Of a stretch of 64,000 nt of DNA, positions 8,623-16,110 are shown in pieces. The translations under genes were made by a program, and so were the position numbers. Each line of letters starts with the position of its first letter. Within the stretch, counting starts at the first letter, position 1. Source of the stretch: Alphaproteobacteria bacterium (lineage in GTDB: Bacteria; Pseudomonadota; Alphaproteobacteria; Rickettsiales; UBA3002); assembly GCA_033763655.1 (NCBI GenBank), contig JANRKD010000027.1:4707-68706 (forward strand), read 5' to 3'. The notes beneath the pieces are model-generated. The model worked only from the letters and a program-made list of their open reading frames with translations, was not told where the DNA came from and made no database searches.

Positions 8623-9417
8623 ATGGTTTTTACAGAGAAGTCTTACGACCGATTGGAGCATTTATGGAGGCGTTGGGGTCTAACACAGGATGATGCATAT
8701 TATGCCATCGAGAATGGCTTGCTTCGCACCTGTGTCTGGCTACCACTCCGTTATGTAGAACGCGGCACTATCAAAGAAGGAAAATTCGTCTTCGAGCGTT
8801 ACGAATCCAAAGAGGGATTTATCGCAGTACGACCAGAAGATTTCCGTCGCGTATGCCGCACCGGGCGTGCCAAGCTCCGCGAATTCTTTTCGCTTAGAGA
8901 GGAAAATTGTATCGTTCGTTTAGCCTACGAACCGCCACAGCCTGCGGTTATGGTGAGAATCAGTGATCTAGTCGTGCTGCAAGCAGACCGGTTACAATTT
9001 GAGCAAACATACAATCTCGGCCCGCAAAGCGATGCGCTGTTATTCCCGGCCAAGCATAGTGCAGAGGGGCAATTCAAATGCTCCAACGATTATCGACACA
9101 TCAATTTTAATGGAAATGAATATCATTTTGGCGATGTGCAGGCACGAGTAGTAGAGCAATTACATGATGCGGCTCGCAGCCGCCAGCCGTGGGTGCATGG
9201 AAAAACATTAATGTATGAATCCGGTTCCCGCGCTTTACGGATGCGCGACATTTTTAAGCATAAGCAGGATTGGCGGCAGCTGATCGTATCCAATGATCGT
9301 GGTTACTATCGACTCAATTTACCGTTAGAGGAATTTCACGATCAGCCACCCGAAGGTGCCATAGAAGCCCAGCACCATAAACAATACGAGAAGCAATTTT
9401 CCCGTCAGCCTAGCTAA
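8623..9417 (+). CDS. Hypothetical protein, 264 aa, no recognised domain
   Basis: Long ORF in the lower-GC region. No motif identified by eye. Confidence 0.5.
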   Translation: MVFTEKSYDRLEHLWRRWGLTQDDAYYAIENGLLRTCVWLPLRYVERGTIKEGKFVFERYESKEGFIAVRPEDFRRVCRTGRAKLREFFSLREENCIVRLAYEPPQPAVMVRISDLVVLQADRLQFEQTYNLGPQSDALLFPAKHSAEGQFKCSNDYRHINFNGNEYHFGDVQARVVEQLHDAARSRQPWVHGKTLMYESGSRALRMRDIFKHKQDWRQLIVSNDRGYYRLNLPLEEFHDQPPEGAIEAQHHKQYEKQFSRQPS

Positions 9418-9498
9418 TTTGCGTCGCCACGGTGGGAACTGCTCCCAGTAACGACGTTCATTCTCCTCATCCAATTTGTTTTGGTAACGATAGCCCAT
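9325..9498 (-). CDS. Candidate 57-aa protein with a C-terminal TM helix, start overlapping the XRE stop
   Basis: My own translation gives MGYRYQNKLDEENERRYWEQFPPWRRKLARLTGKLLLVLFMVLGFYGTFGWLIVKFL. Its ATG shares one nt with the TGA of the XRE gene (TGATG), and GAGG lies upstream. It is too short for the ORF track. It overlaps the 3' end of the 8623..9417 ORF antisense by 93 nt, which lowers confidence. Confidence 0.3.
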   Translation of the reverse strand: MGYRYQNKLDEENERRYWEQFPPWRRKLARLTGKLLLVLFMVLGFYGTFGWLIVKFL

Positions 9499-9869
9499 CA
9501 GCCCACCCTCATGCTTTGCATCAGGGCGAAAATCGCTTTCTTCTTTTCGGCTGGTAGAGCGCGGAAATTTTCCAGCAGTTTTGCTTCCTGCTTAGTCATT
9601 AGGGGAACTGTAGCCGGTATGTTCCCATCTTTTTCGCTGGGCAGAAAATAGCTAAGTGGTAATTGCAGCACAACGGCAAATTGCCACAATCGGGAAATCG
9701 CAATGCGATTGAAGCCGCGTTCGTATTTCTGGACTTGCTGAAAAGTAACCGGGTGCTCAGCTTCTTCTCCCAAAGCTTGCTGGCTCATGTTACGAAGCGC
9801 ACGCCCTTGGCGCAGGCGCCTGCCTACCTGAACATCTATAGGATGGGGGTCGTTCTTTGTTCGTGCCAT
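9498..9869 (-). CDS. XRE-family helix-turn-helix transcriptional regulator
   Basis: Start at MARTKNDPHPIDVQVGRRLRQGRALRNMSQQALGEEAEHPVTFQQVQKYERGFNRIAISRL, with AAGGAG RBS. This is the classic Cro/C1-type HTH as found in alphaproteobacterial repressors. Confidence 0.8.
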   Translation of the reverse strand: MARTKNDPHPIDVQVGRRLRQGRALRNMSQQALGEEAEHPVTFQQVQKYERGFNRIAISRLWQFAVVLQLPLSYFLPSEKDGNIPATVPLMTKQEAKLLENFRALPAEKKKAIFALMQSMRVG

Positions 9870-10160
9870 ATACCTCGCTCCTTTTGGTAACGAGGATTCC
9901 AACGCCCATTGGCGTCGGGAGGTTAGTAAGCCAAAAACCCGGCTGCGACCTATTTCCCGCGAGGGTATTATATTCAGCCGCCCTCCCGACATAAGGTCGT
10001 GGAGGGACATCTCGCGAATACGAGTCCATCAGACGTATGGTTTTTAGGGTTACTACACCCCGTCACACGTCGATCAGCATAAAGATTAGCTGCAAATATT
10101 CAATAGATAGCTCCGCTGGTAGCAGAACAACCCCGCTACTTTTCAACGGGAGGGAACGTG

Positions 10161-10298
10161 CGGCCCCCTCTCGGCCCCACCCAAGCCCCCCTTAGCGCCC
10201 CACCCAAGGTCACGGACAAACGCTTCCGTTTGTGCATGTCACCATTTTCGCGGGTGTATCAGCAATTTTAGCGCCCCCTCATGGCCCCACCCAAGCCC
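10161..10298. repeat. Two 28-bp C-rich direct repeats 110 bp apart, plus a partial third copy
   Basis: CGGCCCCCTCTCGGCCCCACCCAAGCCC (10161..10188) and GCGCCCCCTCATGGCCCCACCCAAGCCC (10271..10298) are identical at 24 of 28 positions. A partial copy, GCGCCCCACCCAAGG, lies at 10195..10209. Confidence 0.85.
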
Positions 10299-10372
10299 TC
10301 ACCAAGCCCCACGACAGCCCCCCATACTGTCACGCAGCCTGTGTCCGAACAGTTCAAACAACGGAGGCTAAC

Positions 10373-10606
10373 ATGACTGATTCCAAACCTATTTCCACTT
10401 TTGACGAAATCTGCCGCCTTACCATCGAAACCATGCGGCGGATGGATATGCAAACGCTCTGGCAGCTGAAAAAACAGGCCGCAAAAGAACTTGATCGTGC
10501 CAAGCTTACCAAGGGGTGCATCGACCTGGCACTGTCCCTCAAGCAAGAGGACGAAGACCGCGCCGCGCAAGCGGAGGACGATAACCAGCCAAGTATGCTG
10601 GATTAA
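10373..10606 (+). CDS. Small hypothetical protein (77 aa), first gene of the rightward phage-like operon
   Basis: Start at MTDSKPISTFDE, with GGAGG RBS. The longer ORF from 10232 runs through the repeat region. Confidence 0.5.
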   Translation: MTDSKPISTFDEICRLTIETMRRMDMQTLWQLKKQAAKELDRAKLTKGCIDLALSLKQEDEDRAAQAEDDNQPSMLD

Positions 10607-10619
10607 GCGGCAACCGGCG

Positions 10620-11762
10620 ATGGAATGGTACAGGGTTTATCACGGTATGCCACACGATCCTAAGCTCAAAGTGATCGCGCATCGAGCCAAGCAACCAATG
10701 GCGCACGTCATCGCGGTGTGGACATGCTTGCTCGATGCAGCATCCCAGCACCGTTCACGCGGCACCGTAGAAGTCGATGCCGAACAAATCGCCATCATGC
10801 AGGACATCGAAACCGAGGCGGTGCAGGCGATCATCGCCGCCATGTACACTAAGGGAATGCTGGATGAGCAGAACCGCCTTACAGCATGGGATAAGCGCCA
10901 GCACACCACTTCCGCCGAAAGGATGCAGCGGCATCGTGACAAAAAGAAACGCGATGTGACAGCAAGTGACGGGGCAACCAAGAAAGTGACAAGTGGTGAC
11001 GCAAAAAACCGCAAAAACGCACCAGATACAGATAACAGATTACAGACTACAGATTCAGATACAGAAATTCAGAAGGCAGAAGCAGAATCACAGAAAAACA
11101 AAAAAACAGATTCAAATACAAAAAACAGAGTGAGAGCAGAGGGAGAGCGCGAGAGGGAGAAAACAAAATCGCTTCCCGATGAGATCGCAGAGCAAATGCT
11201 GCAAATCTGGAATGCAGAGGTGCAGAGCAAATTGACCAAAGGGCAAAGCGCAAAGCTCACACCCAAACGCAAACAGCAAATGGCAGAACGGTGGCGGCAG
11301 GATTTCCAGCAGGACATCCGGGCATGGCGCTACTTCTGCGAAGTCATCGGCAGCAGCGATTTTTGCCTTGGCAAAGTGGCAGGCAAGGATTGGACGATTG
11401 ACCTCGGCTGGGCGGTGGAATCCTCCGACCATGTGGCGAAGATTCTGGAAGGCGGGTTCTCCGGCGGCAACCATCCACCGAAGCCACCAGCCTGCGATGT
11501 GCCGGGCTTGCAGCAGGCATGGGATGCGGTGCTGGATGCCTTCCAGCAAAAGCACGGCAAGGCACCATGCCGCAGCTGGCTTGCCAGCACATCCATCACC
11601 GGCCTGCGCGGGAACACCGTTATCATCCGCTGCCCCAGCGCCTTCGTCTGCCAGTGGATTCAGCAACATTACCTGCCTGACCTCACGCGTTGGTGGCGCA
11701 CCGCGACCGAGGGCGGCGCGGCTGTGGCCAGCGTGGAATTGATCTCGGAGGGGCGGGCATGA
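10620..11762 (+). CDS. Phage-type replication initiator/organiser-like protein with a DnaA N-terminal-like C-terminal domain
   Basis: Start at MEWYRVYHGMPHDPKLKVIA. The C-terminal segment QQAWDAVLDAFQQKHGKAPCRSWLASTSITGLRGNTVIIRCPSAFVCQWIQQHYLPDL follows the DnaA_N pattern (W..vl..l....f..Wl..l....l.l..P..F...wi...y). A low-complexity acidic/basic linker sits in the middle. This is an assignment by pattern, not by search. Confidence 0.55.
   Translation: MEWYRVYHGMPHDPKLKVIAHRAKQPMAHVIAVWTCLLDAASQHRSRGTVEVDAEQIAIMQDIETEAVQAIIAAMYTKGMLDEQNRLTAWDKRQHTTSAERMQRHRDKKKRDVTASDGATKKVTSGDAKNRKNAPDTDNRLQTTDSDTEIQKAEAESQKNKKTDSNTKNRVRAEGEREREKTKSLPDEIAEQMLQIWNAEVQSKLTKGQSAKLTPKRKQQMAERWRQDFQQDIRAWRYFCEVIGSSDFCLGKVAGKDWTIDLGWAVESSDHVAKILEGGFSGGNHPPKPPACDVPGLQQAWDAVLDAFQQKHGKAPCRSWLASTSITGLRGNTVIIRCPSAFVCQWIQQHYLPDLTRWWRTATEGGAAVASVELISEGRA
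11023..11170 (+). repeat. CAGA-rich degenerate short-period repeat array followed by A-rich and GA-rich tracts, inside the rep-like CDS
   Basis: CAGATACAGATAACAGATTACAGACTACAGATTCAGATACAGAAATTCAGAAGGCAGAAGCAGAATCACAGAAAAACAAAAAAACAGATTC... contains at least 12 CAGA units at 6-8 bp spacing. The G+C content is much lower than the flanks. Confidence 0.75.
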
Positions 11763-12172
11763 AAAACCTTACCCCCGAACGCTGGACGGAAAGCGCCGTT
11801 GCCGACCGTTTTGAAGATGCCGTTTACACCATGAAGCGCCTGCCGCCGGTGCGGGTGCAGGGCTATTTCAGCGCATGGCCCGCCATCGTGCGAACCGTCG
11901 CGGAGCAGCTGGCGGAAGACCGCTTGCCGATGCGCCTTGGCCCGCCATCAGCGGAGGCGATCAGCCGCATGGAAGAAACTATCCAGTGGATCTTCTTCCT
12001 CGATGATGAGGACGAGCGCCGCCTTGTCTGGCTCCGCGCAGCGCGGGTTCCGTGGCGGCCCATTTGCGCCCGCATCGGGTGTGGTCGGACAAAGGCATGG
12101 CAGATGTGGGTAATCGCCCTCATGAAAATTGCCATCCGCCTCAACGCCAAACCCAAGCTGGGAGGGCGTTAG
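11759..12172 (+). CDS. Conserved-looking phage-associated hypothetical protein (137 aa)
   Basis: Start at MKNLTPERWTES, in an ATGA overlap with the preceding stop (translational coupling). Family not confidently recognised. Confidence 0.55.
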   Translation: MKNLTPERWTESAVADRFEDAVYTMKRLPPVRVQGYFSAWPAIVRTVAEQLAEDRLPMRLGPPSAEAISRMEETIQWIFFLDDEDERRLVWLRAARVPWRPICARIGCGRTKAWQMWVIALMKIAIRLNAKPKLGGR

Positions 12173-12349
12173 CATGGCCTCCGAAAAAAAGACTAAACAA
12201 GGCGAACAAAAAAGTGTATGGGTATATATAAGATCGCGGGACGTGCGAGTTTTTGCACCCTATAGCGCCCGGAACTCCCATTTTCACCATTTTCGTTCCC
12301 ACGCAGCTGCCAATGCGCAGCGGGCGTTTCTGTGCGTTGGGGGGCGGTA

Positions 12350-12577
12350 ATGATTACTGACCTGACCCCGTACCGGAAATATGTAGATCAGTTCGATTTG
12401 ACCGAGGAGCAGAAGCTCGAACTGGTGAATGCCGTTTGGGTGATTTTAGAAAATTACTTTGACCAACAGTTAGGCCTTAACCAGCTGGCAATAAAGGAGA
12501 AAACACCCCAAAAGACCATTGATTCGCAGGTGCCACCGGCTATCCTTCAAAAAGCCCCTCAAGACATTGAATTATAG
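12350..12577 (+). CDS. Small acidic hypothetical protein (75 aa) immediately upstream of the recombinase; a directionality-factor role is only a guess
   Basis: Start at MITDLTPYRKYVDQFDLTEEQKLELVNAVW. It ends about 20 nt before the recombinase RBS. Confidence 0.4.
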   Translation: MITDLTPYRKYVDQFDLTEEQKLELVNAVWVILENYFDQQLGLNQLAIKEKTPQKTIDSQVPPAILQKAPQDIEL

Positions 12578-12600
12578 GGGCGTTTTGAATGGAGAATCCT

Positions 12601-14133
12601 ATGCAAAAAGCTGTTATTTATTGCCGCGTATCATCACCCGAACAGGTGAAAAATGGACATGGACTGTCTTCGCAGGAAACGCGTTGCCGTGAGTTCGCCC
12701 GCCACAAAAAACTGGAAGTGGTCGAGGTGTTCTCGGAAGAAGGCATATCAGGGAGCCTGATTGACCGGCCCGCCATCACGCGGATGCTGGAACACCTCCG
12801 GCAGAATGAACAAACCGTTGTGATTATCGACGACATTAGCCGCTTGGCGCGGGGCGTAAAAGCCCACTTGGAATTGCGCCTCGCCATCCGTGATGCCGGG
12901 GGCATCCTGCAATCCCCCTCCATCGAGTTCGGGGAAGATTCCGATAGCCAGTTGGTGGAAAACCTACTCGCCAGTGTGTCGCAGCACCAGCGCCAGAAAA
13001 ACGCCGAGCAGGTAAAGAATCGGATGCGGGCGCGGATGATGAACGGTTATTGGATTCTCTGCCCGCCGCGCGGTTACAAGATGGAAAAACGCGGCACCCA
13101 CGGCAAAATGCTGGTGCGGGATGAACCGTTGGCCTCGATCATACAGGAGGCACTGGAGGGGTTCGCCGCCGACCGGTTCAGTGCGCCGGTGGAAGTGAAG
13201 GTGTTTTTGGAGGGCCAGCCGGACTTCCCGAAAGATCGCCGGGGCGAAGTGCATATGCAGCGGGTGCTGGATATTCTGAATCGCCAGCTTTACACGGGGT
13301 ATTTCGATTACCCGGATTGGCAGATTGGGCTGACCAAGGGCGTGCATGAGCCGATTATATCCTTTGAAACCTATCGACGGATTCAGGATAAGCTGCATGG
13401 GCGGGCCAAGGTTCCGGCCCGTAATGACATTAGCCACGACTTCCCGCTGCGGGGGTTCGTGGTATGCGAATCCTGCGGCGTGCCGATGAAATCCGGCTGG
13501 GCGCGTGGTCGCAGTAGTAAATACCCTTACTATCTCTGTCAGACCAGAGGGTGCGACTATTACGGAAAATCCCTCAAGCGGGACTATCTTGAAGACGAGT
13601 TTGTTCGACTCCTGAAAGACATCACTCCATCGGATACGATGGTGGACATGCTGGATGACATGATCGGGCAGCTGTCCGAACTTAAAGGGGGGGATGTCGT
13701 AGAGCATCGTAGGGAACTTCAGCACCAGATCGCCGTGATCGAACGAAAAACGGAGCAGTTCCTTGATCGCATCGCGGTAGCCGATAGCATGACGCTGATT
13801 ACCAGCTATGAGCGCCAGATCACAAATCTGGAGGAACAGCGGGTGGTTCTACAGGAAAAAATACAAAAATGCGGGGAGTACAACATTGCCGTGGATGACA
13901 CGGCTAGAACCGCTCTCCGATTCTTCGCAAAGCCGCACGAACTCTGGCTTTCCGGCGACATAAAAACTCAGAGATTGGTGCTGAAAGCGACATTTTCACG
14001 CCCTCTGGCCTATTACCGAAAGGAGGGGTATAGAACCGCTGATCTATCGCTCCCTTTCTCGCTTTTAAGGGAGTTTTCGGACACTAAGTCCGGATTGGTG
14101 CCCCGGGCCGGACTCGAACCGGCACACCCGTGA
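12601..14133 (+). CDS. Large serine recombinase (resolvase/invertase N-terminal domain plus recombinase and zinc-ribbon-like domains)
   Basis: The N-terminus MQKAVIYCRVSSPEQVKNGHGLSSQ carries the catalytic Ser motif (Y-x-R-V-S-S-x-x-Q). DDISRLAR is present, and Cys clusters CESCG...CQTRGC lie in the C-terminal half. GGAGA lies 5 nt upstream of the ATG at 12601; an alternative ATG is at 12589. The last 38 nt overlap the tRNA-Leu gene. Confidence 0.9.
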   Translation: MQKAVIYCRVSSPEQVKNGHGLSSQETRCREFARHKKLEVVEVFSEEGISGSLIDRPAITRMLEHLRQNEQTVVIIDDISRLARGVKAHLELRLAIRDAGGILQSPSIEFGEDSDSQLVENLLASVSQHQRQKNAEQVKNRMRARMMNGYWILCPPRGYKMEKRGTHGKMLVRDEPLASIIQEALEGFAADRFSAPVEVKVFLEGQPDFPKDRRGEVHMQRVLDILNRQLYTGYFDYPDWQIGLTKGVHEPIISFETYRRIQDKLHGRAKVPARNDISHDFPLRGFVVCESCGVPMKSGWARGRSSKYPYYLCQTRGCDYYGKSLKRDYLEDEFVRLLKDITPSDTMVDMLDDMIGQLSELKGGDVVEHRRELQHQIAVIERKTEQFLDRIAVADSMTLITSYERQITNLEEQRVVLQEKIQKCGEYNIAVDDTARTALRFFAKPHELWLSGDIKTQRLVLKATFSRPLAYYRKEGYRTADLSLPFSLLREFSDTKSGLVPRAGLEPAHP

Positions 14134-14182
14134 GGATACAAGATTTTGAGTCTAGCGCGTCTACCAATTCCACCACCGGGGC
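14096..14182 (-). tRNA. tRNA-Leu(CAA), type II with long variable arm, CCA encoded
   Basis: The reverse complement GCCCCGGTGGTGGAATTGGTAGACGCGCTAGACTCAAAATCTTGTATCCTCACGGGTGTGCCGGTTCGAGTCCGGCCCGGGGCACCA folds as a cloverleaf. The acceptor stem is perfect at 7 bp, the T arm is GCCGG/CCGGC, and the anticodon loop is CUCAAAA. The anticodon stem CUAGA/UCUUG has one U-U mismatch. Confidence 0.9.
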
Positions 14183-14251
14183 AACCCAAGGGCCGCACTA
14201 TAGCGGGCAATTCCCATTGGTCAACCGGTGCGTTTGTGCTAGACCTGTCGC

Positions 14252-14764
14252 ATGATGGAATGCAGAATCAAAGGTGATAGCGTCAGGATGATGGCGGCTA
14301 TCCTTATTCTCGGCGGGGTGTTGCCGCTCGCCGGGGCGCTGCTCTCGCAATATGGTTTTGGCTTTCACCCCTGCCATTTCTGCCTGCTGCAGCGCTATCC
14401 GTATGGGGTGGTGATTGCGGCGGGCCTGCTGCTGCCAATGGTGGCGCGCGGCGGGCTGATGGCGCGCGCACTGGTCGCCTGTGGGGTGTATGCGCTGCTG
14501 GTGACGGCGACACTTGGCCTCATCCATACCGGCATCGAGGCGAAATACCTGGCCTATACGGGCGGCTGTGTGGCGCAGGCCCCGGCAGATAGCTCGCTCG
14601 AAGCGTTGCGCGCCGCCATCGCCCGCGCGCCGCAGGTGGCGTGCGACGAGGCAACGGCGGTGTTCCTCGGCCTCTCGATGGCGACGTGGAATGTGCTGTG
14701 GGCGCTGTTCGTGGTGGCGGCCATCGCGTGGCGCACCTGCCGGGACAGAGGCGCGCGGGCATGA
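14252..14764 (+). CDS. dsbB: Disulfide bond formation protein B family membrane protein
   Basis: Multi-TM protein with the CxxC motif in PCHFCLLQRYPY, typical of DsbB. The start is uncertain (14252 or 14288). Confidence 0.7.
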   Translation: MMECRIKGDSVRMMAAILILGGVLPLAGALLSQYGFGFHPCHFCLLQRYPYGVVIAAGLLLPMVARGGLMARALVACGVYALLVTATLGLIHTGIEAKYLAYTGGCVAQAPADSSLEALRAAIARAPQVACDEATAVFLGLSMATWNVLWALFVVAAIAWRTCRDRGARA

Positions 14765-15315
14765 CGGCAACCCCTGCCAGCCAACGCCGCCTGCCCGGCG
14801 ATTTCACCCTCCGTAACCCGGCGGCTTCCGCCCTGCGCGTCGATCACGCGGGGGAATATGGCGCCACCCGTATTTATGCCGGACAACTGGCGGTGCTGCG
14901 CGACAAAGCCTGCGCCGCCGAGCTGCACCATATGGCCGCGCAGGAGGAGGTGCATCTGGCCGCCTTCAACCGCATCCTGCCTGAATATGGCGTGCGGCCC
15001 ACGCTGCTGCTACCGCTGTGGCATGTGGGCGGCTGGCTGCTGGGCGCGGTGACGGCTGCCATGGGCGAACGCGCGGCTATGGCCTGCACGGTTGCGGTAG
15101 AGTCGGTCATCACCGAGCATTATAATACGCAACTGGCAGATGGCAGCGTCGATGCTGCGCTGCACCCCAATATCGAAAAATTCCGCGACGAGGAGATGGA
15201 GCATCACGCCATCGGCCTTGCGCACGATGCCGAGCATACCCCGCTCTACGCGCCACTCACCGCTGCCATCCGTGGTATTTGCCGTGGCGCTATCTGGCTC
15301 AGCGCGCGGCTGTAG
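14761..15315 (+). CDS. coq7: Demethoxyubiquinone hydroxylase Coq7 (di-iron carboxylate)
   Basis: Start at MTATPAS, in an ATGA overlap with dsbB. RVDHAGEYGATRIYAGQ and the EExH-type motifs (QEEVHL, EEMEHH) are characteristic of Coq7. Confidence 0.85.
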   Translation: MTATPASQRRLPGDFTLRNPAASALRVDHAGEYGATRIYAGQLAVLRDKACAAELHHMAAQEEVHLAAFNRILPEYGVRPTLLLPLWHVGGWLLGAVTAAMGERAAMACTVAVESVITEHYNTQLADGSVDAALHPNIEKFRDEEMEHHAIGLAHDAEHTPLYAPLTAAIRGICRGAIWLSARL

Positions 15316-15498
15316 GCGCATCCCGCCGCTGAGTGCGCCTGCCGCGCTGCAACATATGATTTTCTGCACCTATAGTTGCAACAATGCTTATTTTTTAGGT
15401 GAACGTCACGCTTTTTTATGCTATGGGTTGTTGACTCAGGCGCGTTCATATCCCACGTCAGATGGGTGCCTGTCAGTGACGTTAGAAGGAGGCAAGTC

Positions 15499-15672
15499 AT
15501 GGCTAGTTATGTTGCAAATGATGCAGAACTTCTCGGGGAACCGACATTGGAGGAACTGCTGGCAGACCCGATCGTGCGCCTGATTATGAAGCGCGATGGG
15601 GTCGATGAAAGCGAGATGCGCGGCCAGATTGACCGGGCGCAGCGCGTGTATCACGCCGCCGAGGTCGCTTAA
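15499..15672 (+). CDS. Small hypothetical protein (57 aa)
   Basis: Start at MASYVANDAELLGEP, with AAGGAGG RBS. Third-position GC is high, as in neighbouring genes. Confidence 0.5.
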   Translation: MASYVANDAELLGEPTLEELLADPIVRLIMKRDGVDESEMRGQIDRAQRVYHAAEVA

Positions 15673-15764
15673 GCGCGCGGGCTTCGGGCGTACGGTGGTA
15701 CGCACGGGGTGGTTTGTCACACAATCTTCATGCGCGGGGGCGGCGATGCTGCTATAATGCAGCT

Positions 15765-16061
15765 ATGCCTGTGTTGCGTCCATGTGTCCTGATACCCCTT
15801 TTGCTGCTGGTGGCGTCGTGCCGCCCGGCCAGCCTTTATTTTGTCGAGCCCAGCGGCCCGCCCGAGTACAAGCTCGGCTGGGAAGATGGCTGCGACACCG
15901 GCCTTGCGGCGCAGGGCGGGGGCATTGCCAAGGCCGCCTATGGCTACAAAAAACGCCCGGAACTGCTCGATAATTCGCTCTACAACACGGCGTGGAACGA
16001 GGGCTTCACCTATTGCCGCTTCTCGCTCGACCCGGTCGATAAATCGCAATGGTTTAACTAG
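15765..16061 (+). CDS. Hypothetical lipoprotein
   Basis: MPVLRPCVLIPLLLLVASC carries a lipobox (LVASC). Confidence 0.55.
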   Translation: MPVLRPCVLIPLLLLVASCRPASLYFVEPSGPPEYKLGWEDGCDTGLAAQGGGIAKAAYGYKKRPELLDNSLYNTAWNEGFTYCRFSLDPVDKSQWFN

Positions 16062-16110
16062 AAAATGCTCTAGGCGTTGCAATCTCCGGCGGAATTGTTA
16101 CATCACGCCG

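Noticed and set aside
10232-10372. N-terminal extension of the small early ORF (124-aa version starting at 10232).
   Set aside because: The extension is a translation of the C-rich repeat region. A GGAGG RBS precedes the internal ATG at 10373.
12174-12350. 58-aa ORF (MASEKKTKQGEQKS...) between the phage-associated gene and the small acidic ORF.
   Set aside because: It has no RBS, odd composition, and a TATA-rich and promoter-like sequence inside it. It is more likely an intergenic or promoter region for the recombinase operon.
12964-13725. Long antisense ORFs opposite well-supported genes. Examples: 12964-13725(-), 17433-18032(-), 23095-24279(-), 34693-35763(-), 40709-41746(-), 46759-47889(-), 53945-55078(-), 62276-63331(-).
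   Set aside because: They are shadow frames typical of GC-rich DNA. Their translations are Arg/Gly/His-rich with no motifs. In every case the opposite strand carries a gene with clear family signatures.
1-14095. Direct-repeat copy of the tRNA-Leu 3' end that would mark the other island border.
   Set aside because: I did not find one by eye within the window. Serine recombinases do not need long repeats, and the border may lie left of position 1. This needs a computed repeat search.
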